Shown piece by piece: positions 45,422 through 55,257 of a DNA stretch of 64,000 nucleotides. Origin of the DNA: a phage. The notes under the pieces were generated by a model. That model was given only the letters and a program-made list of their open reading frames with translations, made no database searches and was not told where the DNA came from. Position 1 is the first letter of the stretch. Each line of letters opens with the position of its first letter. The translations under genes were made by a program, and so were the position numbers. Where the stretch lies: NCBI GenBank assembly GCA_025677605.1, contig GCA_025677605.1_4110.1. One strand, 5' to 3'.

Positions 45422-46354
45422 TCAAAATAGTCCAGGTTCCACCTGAAATACTTTCAAGCCTAGTAGCTTACGCCACATGAATACAACGGCGGCCCTGTCA
45501 TCAAATACTTTCTTAACATCGTAATGATTAACAACGTTATTCATATACAACTCGAATTTGACAACATCATCAGGACGTTTATCATCGATAGCTCGCATTA
45601 ACAATACATCGTAGGGAATGCCCCAATTCTTAAGCCACTGTTCAGTATCAGCACGACACCCTTCAGTACGCCCACTCATGACGATTACCTTACGCTTATG
45701 GAAAACAGCCTCAGCAATGACAGACAGAATTACTTCTTCATCTGGTGTATCCTGAAGGACAGTACTTTCATCAAACGGGTTACGTCCCCACTTATGAGCA
45801 AGAGTACCGTCGATATCAACAATGATAGCAGCTTCACGTGCATTACCATAGTAACCAATGTGTAATGCCTTTCTATAATAGTACGTATCTGCCATTGTGT
45901 CAATGATATCATATTGAACTGAACGCTCACGCTGGAGGTTATATTTCTTACAAAGTTTTACGAACTCTTTAATCTTAAAGAATTCATGAACATCTGCACC
46001 ACGGTCTTCATTAGGCACAAAATCATCATAGAAGTTCTTTTCTTTGTAATCATAACCATTATCTTTAGCCCAACGTTTCCATTCATCACGAAAACCTTGT
46101 TTCAGGTTCGTATCGGACACAATAATATTCCATCCATTCGCTGCTGCGGCGTTTGCTGCACTGAACTGTTGATTAGTTACGTACTTCTCGTTCGCATCAG
46201 TGAATTTATAAGCATCATGTGACCCAGCCATAGACTCTCGAATATCATCACGGTTGATGTTGATAGTCTTGGACTTTGCTTTTTTAATTTCTTGCACTGC
46301 CCACGTGGTTTTACCACATCCTGGCAATCCAACTGTTAGTGTAATAGTTGGCAT
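45422..46354 (-). CDS. pseT: polynucleotide 5-prime kinase / 3-prime phosphatase
   Basis: N-terminal P-loop GLPGCGKTT and C-terminal HAD-phosphatase motif IVDIDGTLA; 310 aa, near T4 Pnk size. Confidence 0.85.
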   Translation of the reverse strand: MPTITLTVGLPGCGKTTWAVQEIKKAKSKTININRDDIRESMAGSHDAYKFTDANEKYVTNQQFSAANAAAANGWNIIVSDTNLKQGFRDEWKRWAKDNGYDYKEKNFYDDFVPNEDRGADVHEFFKIKEFVKLCKKYNLQRERSVQYDIIDTMADTYYYRKALHIGYYGNAREAAIIVDIDGTLAHKWGRNPFDESTVLQDTPDEEVILSVIAEAVFHKRKVIVMSGRTEGCRADTEQWLKNWGIPYDVLLMRAIDDKRPDDVVKFELYMNNVVNHYDVKKVFDDRAAVVFMWRKLLGLKVFQVEPGLF

Positions 46355-46666
46355 TTAATCCTCAATAAATTTCACATTCTTTAGATTGTACCACGAAAAA
46401 CGTTCATGTCGTGTGTTGTGTCCTATAGTTACTTCTACATAGCACTCGTCAGAAATGTGATGAGTAACTACATGAAATTTAACATTAACATCACTAATGA
46501 TAGTTTCGAACCATGTTTTAGTGTTGTAATCCCAGCATTCAACTTTCTTACCAATGAGTGATTTCTTGTATTGTGTAATCATATCATGAACAATTTCAGA
46601 AATAGTATTAGTTAATTCAATTTCTGCATTCATTAAATTATTAAGTTCTTTTAATGCTTTATTCAT
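46355..46666 (-). CDS. small paralogue-family protein
   Basis: 103 aa; KKSLIGKKVECW motif. Confidence 0.45.
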   Translation of the reverse strand: MNKALKELNNLMNAEIELTNTISEIVHDMITQYKKSLIGKKVECWDYNTKTWFETIISDVNVKFHVVTHHISDECYVEVTIGHNTRHERFSWYNLKNVKFIED

Positions 46667-46920
46667 TAGATTACCTCAATAATATCATCAATTGAGATAC
46701 CAATACAATTATCGACAGTGATATTCAATGTAAAATCATCATCTACATATACATTAGTGATTTTACCATAAACATTCATCCCATCATAAGATGATTTATA
46801 ACGTACTCTTTTGTTAATATATTTTGCACGTAGAGTATTACTCTCACGGTACAATATATCCGTCAAACATTCTGATAGTACTTTATAATATAACAAATCA
46901 CTTGAATGATTGTTTTTCAT
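46666..46920 (-). CDS. small paralogue-family protein
   Basis: likely ATG 46920 (MKNNHSS...; track start is TTG); AKYINKRVRY motif. Confidence 0.45.
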   Translation of the reverse strand: MKNNHSSDLLYYKVLSECLTDILYRESNTLRAKYINKRVRYKSSYDGMNVYGKITNVYVDDDFTLNITVDNCIGISIDDIIEVI

Positions 46921-47134
46921 TGTATTTCCCAACTCCAAATCGCTTGGAGATTTTTACAAGTACAGCTTCATCACAACGAATACTAGCAGTGTCATTGGAT
47001 GAACTGTACTTTAAGGGGGTCCACTGTAATTGAGATTCTTCAAGGAACTTGATACATCTGAAGTAATCTTTCAGAGAAAGAAACTTAACCACTGACATAT
47101 CCTGAACAATACTATGCTGAACTTCAACTTTCAT
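46898..47134 (-). CDS. hypothetical protein
   Basis: 78 aa ORF. Confidence 0.4.
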   Translation of the reverse strand: MKVEVQHSIVQDMSVVKFLSLKDYFRCIKFLEESQLQWTPLKYSSSNDTASIRCDEAVLVKISKRFGVGKYNEKQSFK

Positions 47135-47143
47135 ATGAACTCC

Positions 47144-47401
47144 TTATAGTGGATCGAATTTATTTTCACGTTTTGATGTATAGCGAGTTACATCATGTAT
47201 TCTCGGCTTAACATCCTTTGGTTTCCTTTTCTTCTTATATTCAGTACTACTACACCCAAAAGTATTCTCGATTCGCTTCTTACTAATCTTCACACCTTTC
47301 ATTGAGCGTTTGTGCTGTAAATCATCGATTTCTTGTTGTATTTTCCTGAACTCAGTAGGAGAAAGGGAACCATCATTTTTATACTTAGGTTTAGCCATCA
47401 C
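47144..47401 (-). CDS. small basic protein
   Basis: 85 aa, Lys/Arg-rich. Confidence 0.45.
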   Translation of the reverse strand: MMAKPKYKNDGSLSPTEFRKIQQEIDDLQHKRSMKGVKISKKRIENTFGCSSTEYKKKRKPKDVKPRIHDVTRYTSKRENKFDPL

Positions 47402-47427
47402 TTCTCCTTGTGCTGGGCTAGTTAGTA

Positions 47428-48573
47428 CTAAAAATCCTTTAGTACATCTTTGTAGTACTTTAGTAAAGTCTCTTTATAATCGACACTTTTGCCATTGTAC
47501 AACGCAAAGGCCAAGCCTTGTCGGTTCAATACATTAGGTAAATCTTGCTGAACCTTTTGAGCGAATTCCTTTCGCTCTAAGTGCTTGTATGCATGGACGA
47601 AGCTTTCTACCTCATCTTGTAAAGCATTATAGCACGAAAATACCAATTGTTCCATTCTTAATATCTTATCCATAGCATATGTATCAGTACTGAACAATTG
47701 TTTTAAGTCATCACTTGCACCAGTCAGTACAGCTTCATATAAATGGGAATCAATAAGAATGGAATCTTTTGTTAAATGCAAAGAGCAATACCAGTCAGTT
47801 TTGATTTTGCACATTGTACCATCTTTCATTATACACACAAAACCTTCAATGTCAAGCATAGAACGTACTTTATCGATTGACTCTTTAAATGTAGGCATAA
47901 TCGGGAATGTATGATGAATGTCATTACCTGTCATATTAGTACTGTACTGTGAAAGGCATGGAAACTTATCACGTAGTGCTTTACCGCATAACAACTCACC
48001 ACTAATACGATGACGAACGTTAAGAACAAATAACTGTTCCACCTGATATGGTAACACAATTCGATACTCTGGGCTTGTGTATTCCAGATTCACAGTATAG
48101 CCCAAACGGTCTGCTTCATCAATGTATTGATAGAGATTTTGGTTCTCGTTCAAAAGTCGAGTACTGTTAATAGCATGGTCAGAAGATAACGAAGTGTGTG
48201 ATTTGCAACGGATTTCACCATCATTATCACGGAATGTGCTGATGATAGATCCATCTAGCTTAGGCATTACAACCGCAATATCATCACAGGTAGTATCAGC
48301 ACTGAACATTGTGTACGGGTTTTCATATGCATTGAAGAACTTTTTCATTGTACGTGCTGCACAACGAATCATAATTCCGTTGGAATCAATTTCCCACATA
48401 GAACCACGAGTTTCTAGTGCATTTTTATTTGTGAAATCGGTATAAGATGCCAGACGATAGGTGAATACACGGTATAAACCACCACCAGGGCTTGTGTGAT
48501 CTATATAGAAAAATGCATCATTAGATTCACATAGTTCCATTAAATCATTGTATATTTCTCGTAAATTACTCAT
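47428..48573 (-). CDS. rnlA: RNA ligase 1
   Basis: 381 aa; adenylation motif VMPKLDGS (KxDG); size and context match T4 RnlA. Confidence 0.85.
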   Translation of the reverse strand: MSNLREIYNDLMELCESNDAFFYIDHTSPGGGLYRVFTYRLASYTDFTNKNALETRGSMWEIDSNGIMIRCAARTMKKFFNAYENPYTMFSADTTCDDIAVVMPKLDGSIISTFRDNDGEIRCKSHTSLSSDHAINSTRLLNENQNLYQYIDEADRLGYTVNLEYTSPEYRIVLPYQVEQLFVLNVRHRISGELLCGKALRDKFPCLSQYSTNMTGNDIHHTFPIMPTFKESIDKVRSMLDIEGFVCIMKDGTMCKIKTDWYCSLHLTKDSILIDSHLYEAVLTGASDDLKQLFSTDTYAMDKILRMEQLVFSCYNALQDEVESFVHAYKHLERKEFAQKVQQDLPNVLNRQGLAFALYNGKSVDYKETLLKYYKDVLKDF

Positions 48574-48833
48574 CTAATTACCTCTATATCTACATCTGTG
48601 CCATAGTAGGAAACGTAACCATTATCTGACTTACATTGAATTGATAACTCTGATTCATAGTATGTTACTTTGATCACTGTTAGAACTTTTTCTTCAATTT
48701 CTCCCGTTAAATAATCCATTTCACGAACACGAATGTTGGTTCCTTTTGGGAGTTCTTGTGCAATTTTATTAACAAGTTCAAAAGCAGCTTCTTCAAGTGT
48801 GTGCAACAATTGCAATCTATCTTGGATATTCAT
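48570..48833 (-). CDS. small paralogue-family protein
   Basis: likely ATG 48833 (MNIQDRL...) one base after stop of upstream gene; track start 48878. Confidence 0.45.
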   Translation of the reverse strand: MNIQDRLQLLHTLEEAAFELVNKIAQELPKGTNIRVREMDYLTGEIEEKVLTVIKVTYYESELSIQCKSDNGYVSYYGTDVDIEVIR

Positions 48834-48834
48834 A

Positions 48835-49524
48835 TTATTTCCACCAACTGGTATCACGTCCATTAGATAAAGACTCATTGTACTGATGCCTGAAATTTGT
48901 ATCAGGATTATTAATCATAGTACTAATAAAATCAAATTTAGTGTTCTCTTGGATATATTCAATAACACTATCTTTAAACTTGATAGTACTGAAATCTAAA
49001 TCCAAATGTTCATACGATACTGGATGACAAAACTCATGTGTACGCAATGATCTCATCGTATCCTTAATGTATTGTACGGTGTTAATCATTGCTTCATAGT
49101 CTGGCATTGCACGCATCATCATAAGCTGGAAGTGTTCTTCCTCTGTCATTGATTCATCTAAATCAATAACAACTTCTTCATTCTTAGAGTCATATACTTT
49201 AATCTTACTATTCGTAGGGTCAAGCATAGCCCAATCAGGGTACAGGCATGTTTTCCAGAAAGGATTATTACACTGAAACATACTGACCAGTACTTGATTT
49301 TTATCGAAGATTGCAAAACCAAGATCATTACTGGGCTGTACTTCACACACATATATATCATATGCAGAGTCTTCAGAGCAGAATGATCCAACTACATTTG
49401 ATATATGTGAATATGGAGTTTCTCTTGATTTTAATTCAAAGGCTCTCTCCATGCGGTTAATCTGTGGTTGTAAAGTAATTACACCCCTTAGTACATATAA
49501 AATTCTATCTAAATCTTTAATCAA
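48835..49524 (-). CDS. hypothetical protein
   Basis: 229 aa ORF. Confidence 0.5.
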   Translation of the reverse strand: MIKDLDRILYVLRGVITLQPQINRMERAFELKSRETPYSHISNVVGSFCSEDSAYDIYVCEVQPSNDLGFAIFDKNQVLVSMFQCNNPFWKTCLYPDWAMLDPTNSKIKVYDSKNEEVVIDLDESMTEEEHFQLMMMRAMPDYEAMINTVQYIKDTMRSLRTHEFCHPVSYEHLDLDFSTIKFKDSVIEYIQENTKFDFISTMINNPDTNFRHQYNESLSNGRDTSWWK

Positions 49525-50099
49525 AATTCTATCCCCGTGTCGGTTAATTTTGCCCCGTCCATGTACCTGACAGTTATTTCAATACGACTCTCGGCACTCA
49601 ATTTCTGAAGCTCACTGTAGTACAATTTAAATTCTTCAAAAAACTCAAACGGTGGAATATCGAATAGAGTACTCATCTGGAAGTGCTCAGGTAAGCCAAA
49701 ATCTAATATATTAATCTTAGGAATAAGACCATCTGATGCTGCACCTTCAGGTGTACTGCTGTCTGCTATATAAAACATAGAATCACCATGACGCTGAATG
49801 ACGAATATACAATCATCTTCAGTTACATAAATTATATTTCCTAGGTATGGATCATTATCACACCACTCATCATGGACGAGTTCTTCAACTTGAAGTAAAT
49901 CTTTTATAATTCCCTGACCACTATCATCAACTCGAATATGTAAACCAGAATCATCTTTACTCAACCAGCGGTATCTTGAATCACATCCTGATTCCATAAA
50001 TGGATATTTTGAAAAATCCATGTCAGTACCGTTATAATACCAATTGTACCACTCGTTACGCATAGTAATCAGCTTAGTACTTAATTCTACAATATTCAT
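49521..50099 (-). CDS. hypothetical protein
   Basis: 192 aa ORF. Confidence 0.5.
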   Translation of the reverse strand: MNIVELSTKLITMRNEWYNWYYNGTDMDFSKYPFMESGCDSRYRWLSKDDSGLHIRVDDSGQGIIKDLLQVEELVHDEWCDNDPYLGNIIYVTEDDCIFVIQRHGDSMFYIADSSTPEGAASDGLIPKINILDFGLPEHFQMSTLFDIPPFEFFEEFKLYYSELQKLSAESRIEITVRYMDGAKLTDTGIEF

Positions 50100-50395
50100 T
50101 TTAGTTTTAACCTTTTAGCAACATATTCTCTTAATTTTCCATCTGGAAGTTCTACTACAAAATATGGATGATATGTTAGTCTCAGAGTAACCCTTTTTAT
50201 TACACCTCGGTCATATGATATGGGAATTCCATAGGGATCATCAATTTCAACCTCCTTACCATATAACATTGCATTGCATGTATAGGTGTATTGCGTGAGT
50301 ATACCGAGCATAGTACTAACGGAACCACCACTGCTCCATCTGGCAACATCAGCAAGCATTGTTATAGTACTACTAACTAATTGTATTTTGTCCAT
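50096..50395 (-). CDS. hypothetical protein
   Basis: 99 aa ORF. Confidence 0.45.
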   Translation of the reverse strand: MDKIQLVSSTITMLADVARWSSGGSVSTMLGILTQYTYTCNAMLYGKEVEIDDPYGIPISYDRGVIKRVTLRLTYHPYFVVELPDGKLREYVAKRLKLK

Positions 50396-50406
50396 AATGT
50401 ACCTAC

Positions 50407-50432
50407 AAAAAAGACCAGCAATCCATGCTGGC
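50407..50432 (-). terminator. rho-independent terminator
   Basis: stem ccagca/tgctgg with 6-nt loop followed on minus strand by U6. Confidence 0.5.
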
Positions 50433-50438
50433 CTGTAC

Positions 50439-50717
50439 TTATTTTAATTCTTTATACGTGTATATACCAACAGTATCATTGGAGAAAATAATATAAAAAT
50501 ACACACCATGTGTATCAAAATCAATTTCATCAATGATACCTGATTTATTCATTGATTTATGTGTAACTTCTTTATTAGTATAAAGTGGAATAAACTCAGA
50601 AGAAAAATCATCTATCATAGCCCTTATATCGTCTATGTATGGTTTATTTTTAATATACATATCACCATAAAGTTCTAAAAGATATTCATATGTCCACACA
50701 TCTCTTTGTAAATTCAT
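50439..50717 (-). CDS. hypothetical protein
   Basis: 92 aa ORF. Confidence 0.45.
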   Translation of the reverse strand: MNLQRDVWTYEYLLELYGDMYIKNKPYIDDIRAMIDDFSSEFIPLYTNKEVTHKSMNKSGIIDEIDFDTHGVYFYIIFSNDTVGIYTYKELK

Positions 50718-50725
50718 AACTTACC

Positions 50726-51454
50726 TTAGAAGTAAATCATACCAAGTAATTCAGAATCGTCTGGTCTGTTATAATCTTGCTTCTTAACTTTGAAGTAGAA
50801 AGACTCATGTTCTTCTAAATTATATCTCTTTTTAAGGCAACGTGTGTAAGTCTGACAGTTCGGATGTACCCATTCATAAATGTGTACACCATTCTCATCA
50901 TAACCATTTACACTACAACGATTGCCTTCGTGCTTTTTGTAGTTTTTACTCTTTTCAGTAAATTCACGAGCACATGTGGTATGAGGCTTTTTATAATCAA
51001 AAGGTACTTCAGTTATACGGAAATAATAGAAAAATTCGTCTTCATCATATCCCAAGAGCACTGTGTTAGTTTCACGTACATTGTAATGATTCTTACTTTT
51101 TGCTTCATTTTCGTATATATCTTTCAGTACTTCATCAAATACTACATCACTTGCAGCATTCGGGTTTGACACACCTGATACACGGCGTTCAATAATAAAA
51201 TCGGTAAACTTACGTTCTTCTTCAATATCGCCGTTCATATACAGACTAACAAACTTATCCTTGTATGTTTTGACTGAATATTGTTTACCTTGCACTTCAC
51301 TGTATACATCAGCTAGTAAATTCTCTTGTCCGCATTGGACACCACTTACTGAATATGCAGTTGCATGTTCTGCCATTACGGATGTTAGCATTTGGAAATT
51401 TGCAATGTTTAATTGGTTTGCTAACTCGCTGGCAAATCTGATACGGTCAATCAC
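50726..51454 (-). CDS. hypothetical protein
   Basis: 242 aa ORF. Confidence 0.5.
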   Translation of the reverse strand: MIDRIRFASELANQLNIANFQMLTSVMAEHATAYSVSGVQCGQENLLADVYSEVQGKQYSVKTYKDKFVSLYMNGDIEEERKFTDFIIERRVSGVSNPNAASDVVFDEVLKDIYENEAKSKNHYNVRETNTVLLGYDEDEFFYYFRITEVPFDYKKPHTTCAREFTEKSKNYKKHEGNRCSVNGYDENGVHIYEWVHPNCQTYTRCLKKRYNLEEHESFYFKVKKQDYNRPDDSELLGMIYF

Positions 51455-51512
51455 TCTACACGCTCCTTGTGTTAGTTATTATTCCATACCAACAATTATA
51501 TCACTACTTATA

Positions 51513-51815
51513 CTACTGTCCCGCTTTATAACAATAAAGATTCTCTAATTTGAAGTCCGCAAGGTCACATTCAGAACGTACTCGGTTCTTGTTCCAGTAC
51601 AAAATACGAATCCTTTCATAATCACGATAAACACTAATAATGCTTTTGTGCTTGGATTTATAGTATTCCTGCACAGTCACAAGATACACGGTCCTCAATA
51701 AAGACTTAATGGGATAGGGCATATTCTGTGCTGTAGTAATACTATAAATCATCTTCATTGTTTCAGCAATAAGTACTTCATTTGTTTGATTTGTCATTGA
51801 AATCCTTACATACAC
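51513..51815 (-). CDS. hypothetical protein
   Basis: 100 aa ORF. Confidence 0.45.
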   Translation of the reverse strand: MYVRISMTNQTNEVLIAETMKMIYSITTAQNMPYPIKSLLRTVYLVTVQEYYKSKHKSIISVYRDYERIRILYWNKNRVRSECDLADFKLENLYCYKAGQ

Positions 51816-51960
51816 TATGTAAAGTAAATCCTAAACCTACACCGACAATTGGAAATAGTAAATTGATATACCATGTATTCATTGTTGAAAATGAATAAGC
51901 ACCTGCAACTGTCAGTACTGCAAGAGAAAAAAGACTCCAGATAAAAAATAATGTTCTCAT
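51778..51960 (-). CDS. small membrane protein
   Basis: 60 aa, two hydrophobic helices. Confidence 0.4.
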   Translation of the reverse strand: MRTLFFIWSLFSLAVLTVAGAYSFSTMNTWYINLLFPIVGVGLGFTLHSVCKDFNDKSNK

Positions 51961-52247
51961 AAAAAGGTTACCTCATCGAATGAAAAGTTTAAGTACGTTG
52001 GTGAATTTTGGTCTAAACTATGAATAGTAATATGACCATTGAAATAAAAAGAAACATCCTCTGCTTGAAGTTTTGGATATTTTCTAGTACTGAAATATCT
52101 TCCTACTACTAAGTCAGAAAACATATTTCTGTATTCTTGTGATACGTTTTTGTATAGGTTATGTAGAGCACTTTCTTGTGAATCGAAAGTAATGGAATAA
52201 TCTTTCACCAATATAGCATATGTTTTCTGTATTAAAATGATATTCAT
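51957..52247 (-). CDS. tandem-array paralogue
   Basis: 96 aa; DLVVGRYFS motif; last unit of the tandem array. Confidence 0.45.
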   Translation of the reverse strand: MNIILIQKTYAILVKDYSITFDSQESALHNLYKNVSQEYRNMFSDLVVGRYFSTRKYPKLQAEDVSFYFNGHITIHSLDQNSPTYLNFSFDEVTFL

Positions 52248-52507
52248 AAATCACCTAATACCTCAAAAATTATTGTTATTGGGTATACTGGGTTATCAGA
52301 TGAAGTAACACATACTATTAGTACGTTTTTTCCAGGTGCTACATCCTTTACAGTGAAATTAATATTATTAAGAATCAGTGATTTACCAATATAATGTTCT
52401 TTCAAAGATTCTATAAAATAGTCCAGTACTGGATTATCTACACTATAGGATAACTCAGTACTGGCTATCATTTTATATGTATGAACTATTAGTTCAGCTT
52501 TAGTCAT
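52244..52507 (-). CDS. tandem-array paralogue
   Basis: probable ATG 52507 (MTKAEL...); EHYIGKSLIL motif; track ORF extended to 52630. Confidence 0.4.
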   Translation of the reverse strand: MTKAELIVHTYKMIASTELSYSVDNPVLDYFIESLKEHYIGKSLILNNINFTVKDVAPGKNVLIVCVTSSDNPVYPITIIFEVLGDL

Positions 52508-52700
52508 GTACACGCTCACAATTAAGGCAATAAATGCACTCAATGTCTGGTCGCCATGATTTATCAAAATCTTTGTGCTGTTCTTCAGTGTATTCCGCAT
52601 CATCATTGATGGGAAAGAAATCCCCAGCACCAGTGGCCCAGTCTGAATCTAAGCGGAAACGAGCTAATTGAGTACTGTTACAGTATGGACATTTATTCAA
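52500..52700 (-). CDS. zinc-ribbon protein
   Basis: 66 aa with CPYCN ... CLNCERV Cys pairs. Confidence 0.45.
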   Translation of the reverse strand: MNKCPYCNSTQLARFRLDSDWATGAGDFFPINDDAEYTEEQHKDFDKSWRPDIECIYCLNCERVHD

Positions 52701-52980
52701 AATTTATTCCTTCTAACTGATATACGTTTAATGAAAATGACCCACTATTATTATCGCATCTGAAACACAGTGTTAAAGAACCATTAAAACTAACGACATC
52801 AGTACAGGTACATTTTTCACCATTGGATATGATAGATTTTCCTATATATAAATCTCTTACTATAGTACGGTAATGTTGCCATAAAAAATAATACACACTT
52901 TCATAGTACTCATCTGTTACATATGACAAGTATAAGAAGCTATAAAATACTTGTATTTCCTTTAAGTTGTTTTTCATCAT
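52693..52980 (-). CDS. tandem-array paralogue
   Basis: 95 aa; DLYIGKSIIS motif. Confidence 0.45.
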   Translation of the reverse strand: MMKNNLKEIQVFYSFLYLSYVTDEYYESVYYFLWQHYRTIVRDLYIGKSIISNGEKCTCTDVVSFNGSLTLCFRCDNNSGSFSLNVYQLEGINFE

Positions 52981-53240
52981 TTAAAATCCAGTAAATTTAT
53001 ACCAATGAAGTCCCCGTCTCTGCGGTAGAATTCTAAACGCAACCTACCTCTATGACTTACTACATCAGTACAACGATAGTTTTTATTATTTCTACGTATT
53101 GGAAGTCCTATAAAATGATGTTGTATCTCAGATAGATAATTTGACCATATTTTATTACGTACTTCATAGTAGAAACCTAATTCGTTATTCATATCATCAT
53201 ATAAAAGTTGATATGTGAATTGTAAATCATGATAGTTCAT
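52977..53240 (-). CDS. tandem-array paralogue
   Basis: 87 aa; starts MNYHDLQFTYQ; HHFIGLPIRR motif. Confidence 0.5.
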   Translation of the reverse strand: MNYHDLQFTYQLLYDDMNNELGFYYEVRNKIWSNYLSEIQHHFIGLPIRRNNKNYRCTDVVSHRGRLRLEFYRRDGDFIGINLLDFK

Positions 53241-53512
53241 AGGTACTCCAAATCAACAAATCCGCTTTTCGACTCTTCATTGTTATAGTAAATTCCAACA
53301 AGACTTCCATTATAACTTTTAATTCTGATAATACGTACAGTCATGTCGTCAATCATATATTCTTTATCAACAAAAATCTCGTTAATCATTGCCAAATATT
53401 CACACCACAATGTAAGAAAAAAATCTCGTTCATCGTAAGTTAATATTCCTTCACCACGTTCATATTGTTCATGAAGAATTTTGTACGTGAATTGTAAATC
53501 CTTATAATTCAT
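53237..53512 (-). CDS. tandem-array paralogue
   Basis: ATG 53512 gives MNYKDLQFTYK like its neighbours; track ORF starts further upstream. Confidence 0.5.
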   Translation of the reverse strand: MNYKDLQFTYKILHEQYERGEGILTYDERDFFLTLWCEYLAMINEIFVDKEYMIDDMTVRIIRIKSYNGSLVGIYYNNEESKSGFVDLEYL

Positions 53513-53768
53513 AGATATAAATCTCATGTAATCCATCACTAGAATCTCTACCCCTGAAGCATAGATCCCCGTTGTAACTATCAACTTGAAATATTTTTAC
53601 TGTTTTACCTTCGTATTGAATTATAGTACCTATAAAATGTTCACGTAAAGATTTTATATAATCACTCCACAAACGATGATAAAATGCATTATCCATGCAG
53701 TTGTTATCAGCGTAACGATACATATAAAATGTTAGTTTATAGGTGAAATGTAAATCCTTATAATTCAT
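53502..53768 (-). CDS. tandem-array paralogue
   Basis: 88 aa; MNYKDLHFTYK; EHFIGTIIQY motif. Confidence 0.5.
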   Translation of the reverse strand: MNYKDLHFTYKLTFYMYRYADNNCMDNAFYHRLWSDYIKSLREHFIGTIIQYEGKTVKIFQVDSYNGDLCFRGRDSSDGLHEIYIYEL

Positions 53769-54040
53769 TATAATATCTCTAAATTTATAGATTGTTGTCC
53801 AATAATAGAATCAGTATAGAATAACACAATTTCACCACCTATACTATCAACGCGTGTTAGCTTACGCATTTCACCATCTATAAAGATTTCGTTAGCGTAA
53901 AAGTAATTTTGAATCATTGTAAAATATTCATTCCATATAATATAAACTGGATTTTTATAAATGATAGGATTATGTACTTTACTTTCAATATATGTTTTGT
54001 ATAAAGCTTTATATGTTCTATTCAGTACTCGATAATCCAT
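53768..54040 (-). CDS. tandem-array paralogue
   Basis: 90 aa; MDYRVLNRTYK. Confidence 0.5.
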   Translation of the reverse strand: MDYRVLNRTYKALYKTYIESKVHNPIIYKNPVYIIWNEYFTMIQNYFYANEIFIDGEMRKLTRVDSIGGEIVLFYTDSIIGQQSINLEIL

Positions 54041-54058
54041 TTACTTTTCCTTAAAAAG

Positions 54059-54080
54059 ATGCCCGAACTAAGTCGGGCAT
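54059..54080 (-). terminator. rho-independent terminator
   Basis: 8-bp stem atgcccga/tcgggcat with loop actaag followed on minus strand by cuuuuu. Confidence 0.5.
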
Positions 54081-54085
54081 AATTA

Positions 54086-54700
54086 TTATTCATCGTCGTC
54101 ATCATCATCCAGTTCGATGTAGATTTCACCATCATCATCATCAAAGCTTTCAACGATAACACCTGGAATGTTTAGAGTACTGAATAATACGTCATATTTT
54201 TCATCTGAAGGAATTAAGACAAATTCTTCAATATCTTGAATATCTGGCATCTTATCTTCAGGGATACCCATCTGAAGAAGTGATTGAACCATCTTTGCTT
54301 TGAATTCTTCAAATTTCTCTTTAGATGCAAAATCCATGATAAGTTGTGCTACATATCCATCTTCATTACCAAAAGCAATTGCCATTTGTGGATCTGTACC
54401 TACTAAACACCATGTAGTTTTTGCTGTGTTAGTTTCAATAAATTTATGAATTTCTTTGATTACATCATGTCTTGAACTGTTTACGATGCAATCTAGATTC
54501 TCAATGCCGTCCATAATACCAGTACTGTCATTGGTTTCTTCAAACTCACCGAAGTCACCCAGAACATACTGTACACCATCATCATAAATGGAATATGCAT
54601 AATCTAAATCAGCAAGAGAATCACATTTACCTCGAATTGGACGAAGGGATAGCCCAAGGCGTAGATAACGAAAATAAGTATTACTGTTTGTATTTGTCAA
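54086..54700 (-). CDS. acidic hypothetical protein (poly-Asp C-terminus)
   Basis: track ORF uses TTG at 54742; possible TTG at 54700 preceded by AAGGAG; C-terminus IELDDDDDDE; start uncertain. Confidence 0.4.
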   Translation of the reverse strand: MTNTNSNTYFRYLRLGLSLRPIRGKCDSLADLDYAYSIYDDGVQYVLGDFGEFEETNDSTGIMDGIENLDCIVNSSRHDVIKEIHKFIETNTAKTTWCLVGTDPQMAIAFGNEDGYVAQLIMDFASKEKFEEFKAKMVQSLLQMGIPEDKMPDIQDIEEFVLIPSDEKYDVLFSTLNIPGVIVESFDDDDGEIYIELDDDDDDE

Positions 54701-54971
54701 AATAGTTCTCCTTGGTGAGATAGAATAAATGATCACTTCCAAGATAAATTATATATCCAGTATATGAAAGACTCGGTGATGACCTCACTGTACACAGTTT
54801 ACCTTCAGTACTGCACGAAGTCAAGAGTTTTTTGCATTCAGTACTGAAGCCATTGATACCACGGCATTTAATGTGCCATAGTTCTATACCGTCTAGTACT
54901 GAAAATGTTTCGTATGATCCTAAAATACACTCATCCAATATGATAGAAGTGATATCATTTATTTCAGACAT
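54681..54971 (-). CDS. hypothetical Cys-rich protein
   Basis: 96 aa ORF. Confidence 0.45.
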   Translation of the reverse strand: MSEINDITSIILDECILGSYETFSVLDGIELWHIKCRGINGFSTECKKLLTSCSTEGKLCTVRSSPSLSYTGYIIYLGSDHLFYLTKENYFDKYKQ

Positions 54972-55257
54972 GTAAATTGTCCAGTAAGTTGATTACATCA
55001 TCGTGTGTAAGATCAGTATCAGTACAAAGGAAGTTCATAATGAACTGCATTTGTGAATAAAGATTAGCGAGAAATTCAACTTCATCCAGACGATATGAAT
55101 AACCCATTGGAACCACTTGACATGTCCATTCACCTAGGGTTTTGTTCGCAACAACCGATACAATAGTGTTACCTTTGTATTCTACTTGGATATTACGATA
55201 TCCTGAACTTTCATTTTGTTCCCATAGTACTGGGTTAGTTTTGAAGAGTACTGTCAT
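54964..55257 (-). CDS. hypothetical protein
   Basis: 97 aa ORF. Confidence 0.45.
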   Translation of the reverse strand: MTVLFKTNPVLWEQNESSGYRNIQVEYKGNTIVSVVANKTLGEWTCQVVPMGYSYRLDEVEFLANLYSQMQFIMNFLCTDTDLTHDDVINLLDNLHV

